Below are positions 1 to 9,654 of a stretch of DNA of 64,000 bases, in pieces; position 1 is the first letter of the stretch, and each line of letters starts with the position of its first letter. The stretch spans positions 71,166 through 135,165 of the forward strand of contig JBBRPR010000020.1 of NCBI GenBank assembly GCA_038227875.1, in the 5' to 3' direction. The translations under genes and the position numbers were made by a program. Under the pieces are notes generated by a model. That model was not told the DNA's origin, did not search any database, and saw only the letters and a program-made list of their open reading frames with translations. Source of the DNA: Planctomycetota bacterium (lineage in GTDB: Bacteria; Planctomycetota; SZUA-567; H5-PLA8).

Positions 1-9
1 ATTGTTCCC

Positions 10-1935
10 ATGCAATTAGAGCCACTGAAGCTGCTGCTGGTGGAAGCGTCCTCCGACGCGGCGTTGCTGATTGAACGCGAAGTCAAAGCCGCGGGGCACG
101 AAACGCTCTGCGTAAACGTTAATTCCAGCGCGCGGTTGCAGGAGGAATTGAAGCGCGCGGCCTGGGACATAGTCATCGCTGACTATGCGCTACCGGGCTT
201 CAGCGGGCTGGAAGCGATCTCGCTGGTCAAGCAGATTCAATTCGATCTGCCAATCATCATTGTTTCCGGAACCGCCGGCGAGGAAGCCGCCGTCGCGGCG
301 ATGAAAGCGGGCGCCAGCGATTTCGTGCTGAAGGGCCGGCTCTCGCGGCTGGTTCCGTCGATCGAGCGGGAGATCCGCGAATACCGCCAGCGCCTCGCGC
401 ACCGCCAGACCCGCATCAAGCTGCTGGACATGCAGGAGAATTTCCGGGCGTTCATGAACAACAGCCCGGTCATCGCGTTCCTTAAAGATCGCGACGGGCG
501 AATCGTGTACGCCAACGAAACGTTCGAGCGCGTCTTCAAAATGGATGCGGCGGCGTATATGGGTAAAACCGTCGACGAACTGTATTCACCCGAGTTCGCC
601 GAGCAATACCGCCGCAACGATACCTATGTGCTCGAACACAACCGCCCGCTGGAAGTAATCGAGACGGTGATGCATTCCGACGGCGTGCATCACTGGCTGA
701 TCACGAAGTTTCCGCTGATCAAGTCCGAAGGTCCGCCACTGCTGGGCGCCATCGGGATTGACATCACCGAGCGCCGCCGACTGGAAGAGCAGCTCCGGCA
801 ATCGCAGAAGATGGAAGCCATCGGGCATCTGGCCGGCGGCGTGGCGCACGATTTTAACAACCTGCTGACGATCATCATGGGCCGCGCCGATCTGCTCCTG
901 CGCGGCATGGAGCAGGCCGATCCCACGCGCGGTGAACTGGCGCTTATTTATTCCACTGCCGAGCGCGCCGGCGTGCTCACGCGGCAGCTCCTGCAATTCA
1001 GCCGCCAGCAGATGCTGACGCCCCGGGTCATCAACCTGAACGAGGTGATCGTCGACGTGAAGGAGATGCTCTGCCGGCTGATCGGGGAAGACATCGAGCT
1101 GGTGACGCGCCTGGAACCGCAGCTCGTGCCGGTCTCCGCAGATGCCAGCCAGATTCAGCAGATCATCTTAAATCTGGCCGTGAATGCCCGCGACGCCATG
1201 AAGGATGGCGGACGGCTGCTGATCGAAACCGGGAACATCGAACTGGACGAAGAGTACGCCATGCGCCACGTCTCGGTGGTGCCGGGAAAGTATGCGGTCT
1301 TGAGCGTCTCAGACACCGGCTGCGGCATGGACGAGAAAGTCCGCGCGCGGCTCTTCGAGCCGTTCTTCACCACCAAGGAAATGGGGAAGGGGACCGGGTT
1401 GGGGTTGTCGACGGTCTATGGCATCGTCAAACAAAGCGGCGGAAACATCTGGGTCTACAGCGAACCCGGCCGCGGCTCGGCGTTCAAAGTCTATCTGCCC
1501 GCCTCCAAGGACACCAAGGTCGTCAGTGCCGCCTCCAGCGCCGAGCTGCCATCCGTGCAGACGGGGTCGCAGGTCGTCCTGGTAGCGGAGGACGAAAGTG
1601 CCGTCTGCGAGTTGATCGCGGAAGTGCTGACGGTCGCCGGCTACACCGTGCTCACCGCCGGCAACGGCGAAGACGCGCTAACGGTCAGCGCGGAGTATAA
1701 TGGGGAGATTCATCTGCTGGTGACCGACCTGGTAATGCCGCGCTTGAGCGGCAGCGCGCTGGCCGCGCAGCTCAAGCCATTGCGCCCGTCGATCAAGGTG
1801 CTCTTCATGTCCGGCTATGCCAGCAATATGACCGACCGCATCGGCATTCCAGACGGCATGTTCTATCTGGATAAACCCTTCACACCCGACAAGCTGATCC
1901 GACGCGTGAAAGAGGCGCTCGCCAGTACTCCCTGA
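10..1935 (+). CDS. Hybrid sensor histidine kinase (REC-PAS-HisKA-HATPase-REC)
   Basis: N-terminal receiver (DIVIADYALP, FVLK), PAS/PAC, H-box GGVAHDFNNLL, N-box NLAVNARDAM, G-boxes DTGCG and GTGLGL, C-terminal receiver (LLVTDLVMP, KPF). Confidence 0.95.
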   Translation: MQLEPLKLLLVEASSDAALLIEREVKAAGHETLCVNVNSSARLQEELKRAAWDIVIADYALPGFSGLEAISLVKQIQFDLPIIIVSGTAGEEAAVAAMKAGASDFVLKGRLSRLVPSIEREIREYRQRLAHRQTRIKLLDMQENFRAFMNNSPVIAFLKDRDGRIVYANETFERVFKMDAAAYMGKTVDELYSPEFAEQYRRNDTYVLEHNRPLEVIETVMHSDGVHHWLITKFPLIKSEGPPLLGAIGIDITERRRLEEQLRQSQKMEAIGHLAGGVAHDFNNLLTIIMGRADLLLRGMEQADPTRGELALIYSTAERAGVLTRQLLQFSRQQMLTPRVINLNEVIVDVKEMLCRLIGEDIELVTRLEPQLVPVSADASQIQQIILNLAVNARDAMKDGGRLLIETGNIELDEEYAMRHVSVVPGKYAVLSVSDTGCGMDEKVRARLFEPFFTTKEMGKGTGLGLSTVYGIVKQSGGNIWVYSEPGRGSAFKVYLPASKDTKVVSAASSAELPSVQTGSQVVLVAEDESAVCELIAEVLTVAGYTVLTAGNGEDALTVSAEYNGEIHLLVTDLVMPRLSGSALAAQLKPLRPSIKVLFMSGYASNMTDRIGIPDGMFYLDKPFTPDKLIRRVKEALASTP

Positions 1936-1943
1936 CAACAAAG

Positions 1944-1976
1944 AAAAACGCGGGGCAGTTTGCCCCGCGCCTTTTT
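1944..1976. terminator. Probable bidirectional intrinsic terminator
   Basis: AAAAA-CGCGGGGCA-gtt-TGCCCCGCG-cc-TTTTT between two convergent genes. Confidence 0.8.
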
Positions 1977-1998
1977 GGCTGCGTGAGTTTTCCTTCAT

Positions 1999-4056
1999 TT
2001 AGCCCTGGGTCTTGCTCGCCGCTGTCTTTTCTTTGCGGGCCTGAGCTTCGGCCTTTGTGGCTTCCGCTTTCGCCGCGCGTTCCTGCTGCTTGGCTTCGGT
2101 CTGCTGGCGCGCCGCGGCCTGGCGGGCTTCCTGCGCGGCCTTCGTCGCTGCCGCCTTTTCCGCGGCCTGCTTCTGCTGTTCAGCGCGGACGTTCTGGGCC
2201 TGGACCTTCGCCGCTTCGTTCTGCGCGGCCCGTTCCTTCGCCTGTTGCTGAGCCTGCGCCTGGCGCTGTTCCTGCGCAACCTTCGTTGCCGCGGCCTTTT
2301 CCGCCGCCTGCTTCTGTTGTTCAGCCCGGAGGTTCTGGGCCTGGACCTTCGCTGCTTCGTTCTGTGCAGCCCGTTCCTTCGCCTGTTGCTGAGCCTGCGC
2401 CTGGCGCTGATCCTGAGCGGCCTTCGTTGCCGCGGCTTTTTCCGCGGCCTGCTTCTGCTGCTCCGCGCGGAGGTTCTGGGCCTGGACCTTCGCCGCTTCG
2501 TTCTGCGCGGCCCGCTCCTTCGCCTGTTGCTGAGCCTGCGCCTGGCGCTGATCCTGAGCGGCCTTCGTCGCGGCGGCTTTGTCGGCCGCTTGCTTCTGCT
2601 GTTCCGCGCGGAGGTTCTGCGCCTGGACCTTTGCCGCTTCATTCTTGGCGGCGCGTTCCTGTGCCTGCTGCTGAGCGAGCGCCTGGCGTTGATCCTGCGC
2701 GGCCTTCGTTGCAGCAGCCTTCTCGGCGGCCTTCTGTTGCTGTTCGGCGCGGAGATTCTGAGCCTGGAGCTTCGCGGCTTCGGTCTTCGCGGCGCGGTCG
2801 GACTGAGCTTGCACGCGCTGCGCTTCGCGCTGAGCCACTGCGTCCTGCAACTTCTGGCGCGCTTCCTGGCGCTTCTGTTCTTCCGCGGCGCGGCGTTCCT
2901 GGATCACCAGCGGATTGACGGGCGCCTTGGCATCGATCTGCGGGCGGAAGGTCACCAGCTGATCGCCCTGGCGGTGGTCGTGGGGAATCTGCTGGCCGAT
3001 GTCCACTCGGGCGTCGGCGATCTGCACGGGGCGGATCGTCTGGTGCGTGTAGCTTTCAATCCGGTTCACCGGGATGCCGGCGTTGACGACATGGTGGTCG
3101 CGGTACTGGTAGGTGTTGCCCAGGTTGATGCTGATGTTGAAGACATTCTTCACTCGGGACTGGGGCAGCAGGCACGTTCCGACGTCCGTGGCGAGGAAGC
3201 GGTCGGACGGGACGAAGTTGTAGTCCGCATCGCGCAGGCCGAAGTCGCAATTGGTTCCCGCCAGATTGCCGTGGAATTCCAGGCCGACCTTTTCGTCGAA
3301 GCGCGCCTCGGGGGGCAGCGGCGCCCAACCGTAGGCATCGTTGGTCTGGCGGAAGTTCACCCAGGCCGGCGCCCACTTCGTATCCGGCACCCACACCCAG
3401 CGCTGTGCCGAACCGCGCGCCCAGCGGCCGTAGTGGAACGCCGCCCAGCTCCAGTTGTATGACGATTCCCAGTACCAGCCCTGATTGGTGTAGGTCCAGT
3501 GGCCGTGCTGAGCATACGGGCGCCAGTCGCTATGCGTGTCGGCCACCGTCGGCGTCCACACCCAGCCGTAAGACGGATCGTTGTGCCAGTTGCCATCCGG
3601 CGCGAGCGCCTGGTAGAAGAAGCTGACATTCATGTCGCTGTTCTGCGGCACAGTCACCGGCGGTTCGACCACCGGCGTAGTCTGCAGCAGCGTGCTGGCC
3701 GGAGTGTACGCGACCGGCAGTGTCTGCGCGGCGGGCGTCGACGTAGTCGTCGGATCGCTGATCAAGCTCGACAGGCTCGGCTGCGTGGTATCAGTGTTGT
3801 CGACAATCTTGCCGTGGTTGATCATCTCCAGGATCACGGCATCGGAGACGTTCTCGCGTTCCAGGCGGATGATGTCGTCGGAGGTCAGTTCGTACTGCCG
3901 GCCGGCGTTGTCGATGTAGGCGGTGATCACCGGTTCGCTGACCCCGGCGCTGACCATGCGTTCGATTTCGGTCACTTCCTCACCGGCATGGACGGCGGTC
4001 ATTCCCATCAAGAATCCCATCGTGAGCGTGGCGATCAGTGCTTTTAAGCTTTTCAT
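1999..4056 (-). CDS. Secreted DUF6600-like protein with long Ala/Gln/Lys helical repeat tail
   Basis: Signal peptide from MKSLKALIA (ATG 4056); Trp-rich region FYQALAPDGNW..YGWVWTP..WRPY..GHW..AFHYGRW..WAPAWV..GWAPLPP typical of DUF6600; C-terminal tandem repeats. Confidence 0.8.
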   Translation of the reverse strand: MKSLKALIATLTMGFLMGMTAVHAGEEVTEIERMVSAGVSEPVITAYIDNAGRQYELTSDDIIRLERENVSDAVILEMINHGKIVDNTDTTQPSLSSLISDPTTTSTPAAQTLPVAYTPASTLLQTTPVVEPPVTVPQNSDMNVSFFYQALAPDGNWHNDPSYGWVWTPTVADTHSDWRPYAQHGHWTYTNQGWYWESSYNWSWAAFHYGRWARGSAQRWVWVPDTKWAPAWVNFRQTNDAYGWAPLPPEARFDEKVGLEFHGNLAGTNCDFGLRDADYNFVPSDRFLATDVGTCLLPQSRVKNVFNISINLGNTYQYRDHHVVNAGIPVNRIESYTHQTIRPVQIADARVDIGQQIPHDHRQGDQLVTFRPQIDAKAPVNPLVIQERRAAEEQKRQEARQKLQDAVAQREAQRVQAQSDRAAKTEAAKLQAQNLRAEQQQKAAEKAAATKAAQDQRQALAQQQAQERAAKNEAAKVQAQNLRAEQQKQAADKAAATKAAQDQRQAQAQQQAKERAAQNEAAKVQAQNLRAEQQKQAAEKAAATKAAQDQRQAQAQQQAKERAAQNEAAKVQAQNLRAEQQKQAAEKAAATKVAQEQRQAQAQQQAKERAAQNEAAKVQAQNVRAEQQKQAAEKAAATKAAQEARQAAARQQTEAKQQERAAKAEATKAEAQARKEKTAASKTQG
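2118..2797 (-). repeat. Intragenic tandem repeat, 141 bp (47 aa) unit, about 5 copies
   Basis: Marker (G/A)TTCTG recurs at 2191, 2332, 2473, 2614, 2755 (141-bp spacing); unit AQNEAAKVQAQNLRAEQQKQAAEKAAATKAAQDQRQAQAQQQAKERA. Confidence 0.95.
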
Positions 4057-4288
4057 GGTTGAGTCCCTGAAGTTTGCTTTTGAAAGTCGTTCTTGTCTCT
4101 CCACTTCTCTAGTCGAATCAGACGATTCAAATATTCATTTGAGTTTTTGATATTCTGGATGACAGAATTGATAACATATTGATTATAAACAAGTTAAAAT
4201 ATTAAATATTATCGATAATTAGAGAGTGTCCGTGCGTTCGCAGGCGGGAACATGTGCAGAAGTGAACGAAGCAGTGGTCAAAAGTCAA

Positions 4289-4354
4289 CATAGGGAAAAT
4301 TTTCCCTATGCTGAAACGGTCATTTTGACCTGTGGGCCACGTGGCCCACAGGTC
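4289..4354. repeat. Two adjacent perfect palindromes (22 bp and 28 bp) in a divergent intergenic region
   Basis: CATAGGGAAAATTTTCCCTATG (4289-4310) and GACCTGTGGGCCACGTGGCCCACAGGTC (4327-4354) are each their own reverse complement. Confidence 0.9.
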
Positions 4355-4451
4355 CGTTCCAGAAGTCGAAAATCCTCCTATATATTGTCACTCTACCTCT
4401 AAACCGCGCTGCTTTCTGACCGATGAAGCCCGGGTGAGAGGTGCTGTGTCT

Positions 4452-7106
4452 ATGCCGATGGATAATAATTACCTGAAGACCAAGCCGCCCGCTTCCGGGG
4501 CGCCCACGGTGTTGACGCCGCCTCCGGTGCCTTCCCAACCGCCGGTCGATTCCGGAATCCACTACCCGACCGTACCGCTGCCCGAATCCGCCTCGAAGCT
4601 TGCCGTCTCGCCCTCTTCCGGTGGCGCTCTTCACGAACTGTCCGCCGGCTGGATGCTCGACGACCTCTCCAATGACGTTTTGCTGGCGCTGGTGCCGCGC
4701 ACGCAGATCAACGGCCGCCCGCATCCGCTGCTTGATGGCGTGCTCCTCTCCCGCAAACTCGGTCAGGGCGGAATGGGTGCGGTGTACATGGGCTTCCATC
4801 GCCGCCTCGGGAAAAAAGTCGCGGTCAAAGTGCTGCCGCTCCAGGGCGCCATGCAGCCGCAGACCGTGCAGCGTTTTTATCGTGAAGCCCAACTCGCCGC
4901 GCAGGTCCAGTCGCCGCATCTCGTCGGCGTGCTGGACGTCAACGAACAGAACGGCCTCTCGTACATTGTGATGGAACTGGTTGAAGGCCCGTCTGCGCAG
5001 GAAGTGCTGATGCGCGCCCGCAGCGAAGGCCAGCGCGGACTGCCCGAAGCGCTCGCGCTCGACATCTGCATCGCAGCTTCGCGCGGGATCTCCGCGGCAC
5101 ACACGGCGGGGATCATTCACCGCGACATCAAGCCCGACAATATTCTTCTGCCGGGCAATCTCGAAAAACAAGGAGCCTTCGATGCGCTTTCTGCAAAGCT
5201 TGCTGACTTGGGTCTGGCACGCCAGGAACACGCCGAACCGGCCCTTACCGGTACGCATGGTGGCATGGGCACGCCGGGATACATGGCCCCGGAACAGGCG
5301 CTGAACGCCGGCACCGCCGGCAAAGCCGCCGACGTTTTCGGACTCGGCGCGACCCTCTACGCGCTGCTCTGCGGACACGCGCCGTTCCACGATGCCGAAG
5401 CGATGCAGATCATCGTCGCGACCCTGCAGCAGCCGCATGTTCAGGCTCAGAATCTGCGCCGCGATGTTTCGTTCGCGAGCAACGCGCTGCTGGAACGTTG
5501 CCTGCACAAGGATCCGCAGTACCGCTTCACTGACGGCACCGCGCTGTTAAATGCCCTGATCGACTGCCGCAATGTCTATCAGAATCCGCCCGAGAAACAG
5601 AAGTCGACCGTGAAGCGTTGGAACGATTTACTCACCGCGCTTCCGCCGTCCGCCGGCGGACCCGGAACGGACCTGGCTTCGCGGCCATCGCGCCAGAGCG
5701 ACACCGGCAAGCTGACGCTCGTCGACACAGCCGTGAACGTGCTGCGGCGCGGCGCGGATCGGGTTTCGTACTGGCGCGCGATGTCGCGCGGTCGCGGGCA
5801 GCTCAAGCGCATGCGCTGGACGCAGGCCGAGGACAGTTTCCGCCTGGCCCTGCGCTGCGTGCCCGATGACAAGCGCGCGCAGGAAGGCGTCGACGAAGCT
5901 CTCTCCGGCGCTTCCGAAACCCGCTTCAAAATCGCGCTGGCCGAAGCGGAGAAACTGGCCAACACGGAAAACTGGGACGCCGCGAAGGAAGCCTATCAGC
6001 GTGCGCTCTCGGAACGGCCGCAGCACCCCGGAGCGATGGACGGCCGCGGCCGCGCGCTTTATCAGCAGGCGATGCGGCAGGCGCGCACGGAACTCGACGC
6101 CGTCAAACCCGACGCGCGCGGTTACTACACCGACCTAGACGTCGCCCGCCGCAACCGCGTGGAATGCGCACTGACTGAAGCGCTGAATGCGCTGCCCAAC
6201 GATCGCGCCGCGATGGAATTGGTCGAACGCGTCGGCGATCCGCGCGAAGTCTATCTGGATCTCGGCGAAGGCGTGAACATCGCGCTCGTCCGCGTGCGCG
6301 AAGGCGAATTCGACATGGGCAGCCAGGAAGGCGGCCAGCACGAACGACCCGCGCGGCGCGTGAAGATTGGACGCACGTACTACCTCGCCAAATCGCCGAT
6401 CACGGTCAAACAGTTCAGCCGCTTCGTCCAGAAAACAAGCTACATCTCCGCCGCTGAACGCGCCGGTAAGGGCTTGGGGATCTCCGGCGCCGATTGGGGT
6501 TTGCTGCCGGGCGTGAGCTGGAAGCAGCCCGGTTACAGCCAGACCGACGATCATCCGGCGGTGCTGCTCTCATGGTTCGACGCGCAGGTCTTCTGCACGT
6601 GGCTGGCGCGCAACGCCGCCGTCTCATGGACGTCGCGGCAGAAGCATTTCATTCCCACGTTGCCGAGCGAAGCGCAGTGGGAGTACGCCACCCGCGGTCC
6701 GCAGAGCCTGCGTTATGCGTGGGGGCAGATCTGGGACGGCCAGAAAGCCAATCATGCGGACGCCAGTTTGAGTTCGCGCGGAACGCTGTTGATGTGCAGC
6801 AACGACAACGACGGATTCCCCTTCGCATCGCCCGTCGGGCGCTTCGACAATGCCAGCTGGTGCGGGGCGCAGGATCTGATCGGCAACGTCTGGGAATGGT
6901 GCCACGATTGGTACGCCGATGACTACTATCAGATCGCCGGAAACGCCGATCCGCGCGGGCCGGAGAAGGGGACCAAGCGCATCATCCGCGGCGGCTCGTG
7001 GGCCGACATGCCGATGAAGTGCCGCGCCTACACGCGCCGCGGCGCGCCGCCCGAAGGCGCCGCGACCAACGTCGGCTTCCGCATCGCCGTCTCGTTCCAG
7101 ATGTAA
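4452..7106 (+). CDS. Ser/Thr protein kinase with TPR-like helices and C-terminal FGE-sulfatase (SUMF1/CLec-fold) domain
   Basis: LGQGGMGAVY, VAVK, HRDIKPDN, DLGLA, GTPGYMAPEQ; C-terminal LPSEAQWEYA, DLIGNVWEW, RGGSW, NVGFR; start chosen at ATG 4452 after GAGAGG. Confidence 0.93.
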   Translation: MPMDNNYLKTKPPASGAPTVLTPPPVPSQPPVDSGIHYPTVPLPESASKLAVSPSSGGALHELSAGWMLDDLSNDVLLALVPRTQINGRPHPLLDGVLLSRKLGQGGMGAVYMGFHRRLGKKVAVKVLPLQGAMQPQTVQRFYREAQLAAQVQSPHLVGVLDVNEQNGLSYIVMELVEGPSAQEVLMRARSEGQRGLPEALALDICIAASRGISAAHTAGIIHRDIKPDNILLPGNLEKQGAFDALSAKLADLGLARQEHAEPALTGTHGGMGTPGYMAPEQALNAGTAGKAADVFGLGATLYALLCGHAPFHDAEAMQIIVATLQQPHVQAQNLRRDVSFASNALLERCLHKDPQYRFTDGTALLNALIDCRNVYQNPPEKQKSTVKRWNDLLTALPPSAGGPGTDLASRPSRQSDTGKLTLVDTAVNVLRRGADRVSYWRAMSRGRGQLKRMRWTQAEDSFRLALRCVPDDKRAQEGVDEALSGASETRFKIALAEAEKLANTENWDAAKEAYQRALSERPQHPGAMDGRGRALYQQAMRQARTELDAVKPDARGYYTDLDVARRNRVECALTEALNALPNDRAAMELVERVGDPREVYLDLGEGVNIALVRVREGEFDMGSQEGGQHERPARRVKIGRTYYLAKSPITVKQFSRFVQKTSYISAAERAGKGLGISGADWGLLPGVSWKQPGYSQTDDHPAVLLSWFDAQVFCTWLARNAAVSWTSRQKHFIPTLPSEAQWEYATRGPQSLRYAWGQIWDGQKANHADASLSSRGTLLMCSNDNDGFPFASPVGRFDNASWCGAQDLIGNVWEWCHDWYADDYYQIAGNADPRGPEKGTKRIIRGGSWADMPMKCRAYTRRGAPPEGAATNVGFRIAVSFQM

Positions 7107-7199
7107 TCCCGAAAAGCGTCCGGCAGTTCCGCATTCGCTAACGCGCCCTGCTTCGACTAAAATCAGCGCCTCACTTACGAAGACTGGCATTGAGGCGTC

Positions 7200-8627
7200 A
7201 TGAAAAAGAAGAAGAGTTTACACCCGAAACGCGTTTATCACCCGCACGACAAAAATCTCCCGTCAGCTCCGACCAAATCGACCAAGAGCTTCGACAAATC
7301 GGGCGCGGTGACGAGCATGTACCCCACGGTGGCGCTGGTGGGCCGCCCGAACGTGGGCAAGTCGAGCTTGTTCAACGCGCTGTTGAAGCGCGAAATCTCG
7401 ATCACCGACGCGCGCGCAGGCACGACGCGCGACCGCATCCTTCATCCGATCGTGATCAACGACAAGCCGCTGGACCTGATGGACACCGGCGGCATCGGCA
7501 TCGTCGACAGCCAGGATCTGTCGAAGGACGTCGAGCAGCAGATCGAAAAAGCGATCGTCGCCGCCACGGTGCTCGCGTTTGTCGTCGATGCGCAACAGGG
7601 CCTGACGCCGCTGGACCGCGAAGTGGCCGCGAAGCTGCGCAAGCTCAACCGCCCGATGATCTGCGTCGCCAACAAGACCGAAGGCAAAGACGCCAAGGTG
7701 CTGATCAACGAATTTTCCGAACTGGGCATCGAGCCGGTGGTCGCGACGTCGGCGGTGCATCGCATCGGCCTCGACGATCTGGAAGAAGCCATTGCCGCGC
7801 ACATTCCGCGCGTTGACGAACGCGAAGACGAGTGGGAAGACATTCCACGCCTGGCCGTGGTCGGGCGGCGCAACGTCGGCAAGAGCAGTTTCTGCAATGC
7901 GCTGGCTCATGAAGAACGCACGATCGTCTCGCCCATCGCGGGAACCACGCGCGATGCCGTCGACATGATGCTGGAGAAAGACGGACAGCGCTTCTGCCTG
8001 GTCGACACGGCCGGACTGCGGCGCATGAAAACGCCGGAAGGTCCCGTGGAATTCTTCGCGCAGGTCCGCACCGAACGTGCGATCCGCCGCGCCGACGTCG
8101 TGATTCTGATGGTCTCGTCGCTGGAAGGCATCAGCACCACCGACCGCAACACCGCCAACCTGATCGTCGAAGAGTACAAGCCCTGCCTGATCGTCGTCAA
8201 CAAATGGGACTTGAGCAAGGGCGTGATGACCGGCGAGTACGTGAAGTACATCGAAGAGCGTCTGCCGCCGCTGCGTTACGCGCCGATCACGTTTTCGAGC
8301 GCGATTTCCGGGACGCGCTGCTGGCAGACCATCGACGTGGCGCTGGAATTGTACCACCAGGCCAGCACGCAGGTGCCGACGCCGCAGCTGAACAAGGCCA
8401 TCGAACGCGCGGAGTTCGAACACGAACCGCCCGCATACAAGGGCTACAAACCGCGTCTACTGTACGGCGTGCAGGTCGCCGTACGGCCGCCGACGTTCGT
8501 GATTCATTGCCGCCACGCCGAGAAGATCGACAAGAAATACCATCGGTATCTGTCGGCGCGGTTGCGCGAAATTCTTGATCTCTCGGAAGTGCCAGTGCGC
8601 CTGTTGCTTCGCGAAGCGACGCGCTAA
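7200..8627 (+). CDS. der: Ribosome biogenesis GTPase Der (EngA)
   Basis: Two tandem G domains (GRPNVGKS/GTTRD/DTGG and GRRNVGKS/GTTRD/DTAG/NKWD) plus KH-like C-terminus (RPPTFV..YL..RLRE). Confidence 0.97.
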   Translation: MKKKKSLHPKRVYHPHDKNLPSAPTKSTKSFDKSGAVTSMYPTVALVGRPNVGKSSLFNALLKREISITDARAGTTRDRILHPIVINDKPLDLMDTGGIGIVDSQDLSKDVEQQIEKAIVAATVLAFVVDAQQGLTPLDREVAAKLRKLNRPMICVANKTEGKDAKVLINEFSELGIEPVVATSAVHRIGLDDLEEAIAAHIPRVDEREDEWEDIPRLAVVGRRNVGKSSFCNALAHEERTIVSPIAGTTRDAVDMMLEKDGQRFCLVDTAGLRRMKTPEGPVEFFAQVRTERAIRRADVVILMVSSLEGISTTDRNTANLIVEEYKPCLIVVNKWDLSKGVMTGEYVKYIEERLPPLRYAPITFSSAISGTRCWQTIDVALELYHQASTQVPTPQLNKAIERAEFEHEPPAYKGYKPRLLYGVQVAVRPPTFVIHCRHAEKIDKKYHRYLSARLREILDLSEVPVRLLLREATR

Positions 8628-8633
8628 AGGCGA

Positions 8634-9500
8634 CTATTCAATGCGCAGCGAGGCGCGGTATTCCTTCGGCGACATGCCGCAGGCTTCCGCGAAGACCGCG
8701 TAAAAACGGCTGAGCGAACCGAAGCCGGATTCCAGCGCGACGTCGAGAATTTTGGCGTCGCTGGTGAGCAGCAGGCGTTGCGCGTGCGAAATGCGGTGCT
8801 GCGTGGCGTAATCGACCAGGCTCGTCCCCATTGATTTGCGGAAGAGATTCATCGCGTAATTGGGATGCAGGCCCACGGCGCCGGCAATCTCCGCGACGCG
8901 CAGCGGACGCATGTAATGCTGCGCGACATAGTGGACCATCTGTTCGACCTTCGGCAGCGTTTCGCTGTGTACGGAAGACTTGGTCTGCGTCCGGCTCTTC
9001 TTTTCACAACTGAGCGTCAGGCGCCGCAGTCGCGCTTCCAATTCCAGCAGGAAAATCGAGCGGTGTTCAGCGCCCTCGTTGGCGGGGCGCGCTTTGTCCG
9101 CGGCCCATTGCTTGAAGAGCGCCAGATCGCTCTCCGTGCGCGAGGCGTCGCCTTCGACGATCAATTCGCCGCGCATGATTTTCTGCGTAAAGGAATCGGG
9201 CAGCTTCCACTGCAGGAACCAGACGAGCGGCAGCGTTACCCAATTGCAGCGTGTCGCGCCGGGCGTGGCGATCAGTTGATGCGGGATGCCGGCCCAAAAC
9301 AGAGCCAGACGCCACGGCGGAACCACTGCCTTGTTTCCGCCGAGCAGATATGTAAACGACCCGCCTTCGACCAGATTGATTTCAATTTCATTATGACGGT
9401 GCGGCCGCTCCATGCGGCGCGCGTGGCCCTGCCAGTTCATCAGCCCGATCTGAGTGGCCGGAACCGGGCTGAAGGGTTTCGAGTGTGAACGCTTGGGCAT
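8634..9500 (-). CDS. AraC family transcriptional regulator (MelR-like)
   Basis: N-terminal cupin HRHNEIEIN..FWAGIPHQL; VGLHPNYAMNLF; C-terminal SGFGSLSRFY..P..YR HTH. Confidence 0.92.
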   Translation of the reverse strand: MPKRSHSKPFSPVPATQIGLMNWQGHARRMERPHRHNEIEINLVEGGSFTYLLGGNKAVVPPWRLALFWAGIPHQLIATPGATRCNWVTLPLVWFLQWKLPDSFTQKIMRGELIVEGDASRTESDLALFKQWAADKARPANEGAEHRSIFLLELEARLRRLTLSCEKKSRTQTKSSVHSETLPKVEQMVHYVAQHYMRPLRVAEIAGAVGLHPNYAMNLFRKSMGTSLVDYATQHRISHAQRLLLTSDAKILDVALESGFGSLSRFYAVFAEACGMSPKEYRASLRIE

Positions 9501-9518
9501 GTGCTGAGATTAGCAGTT

Positions 9519-9544
9519 TGTAGTCCGGGCGTCTCGCCCGGTCT
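9519..9544 (+). repeat. GTAG-type REP palindrome
   Basis: TGTAG-T-CCGGGCG-TCT-CGCCCGG-TCT; near-identical copies at 42246, 42416 and 47390. Confidence 0.85.
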
Positions 9545-9654
9545 GACTGCACCCGAGTCGAGAGAGGCATGCCTCTCGATCGGCGCATTCACCACCGCGA
9601 AAGCAAACGGATTTGCTTTGCGATTCAGCTAGTCCATCGAACGAACGGCTGCGA

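Noticed and set aside
2118..2797. Regular DNA repeats as a possible CRISPR array
   Set aside because: Contiguous in-frame 141-bp coding repeats without unique spacers; no cas genes in the window
6980..7106. Complete diversity-generating retroelement at the FGE-domain C-terminus
   Set aside because: No template repeat and no reverse transcriptase seen in the window; kept only as a low-score lead
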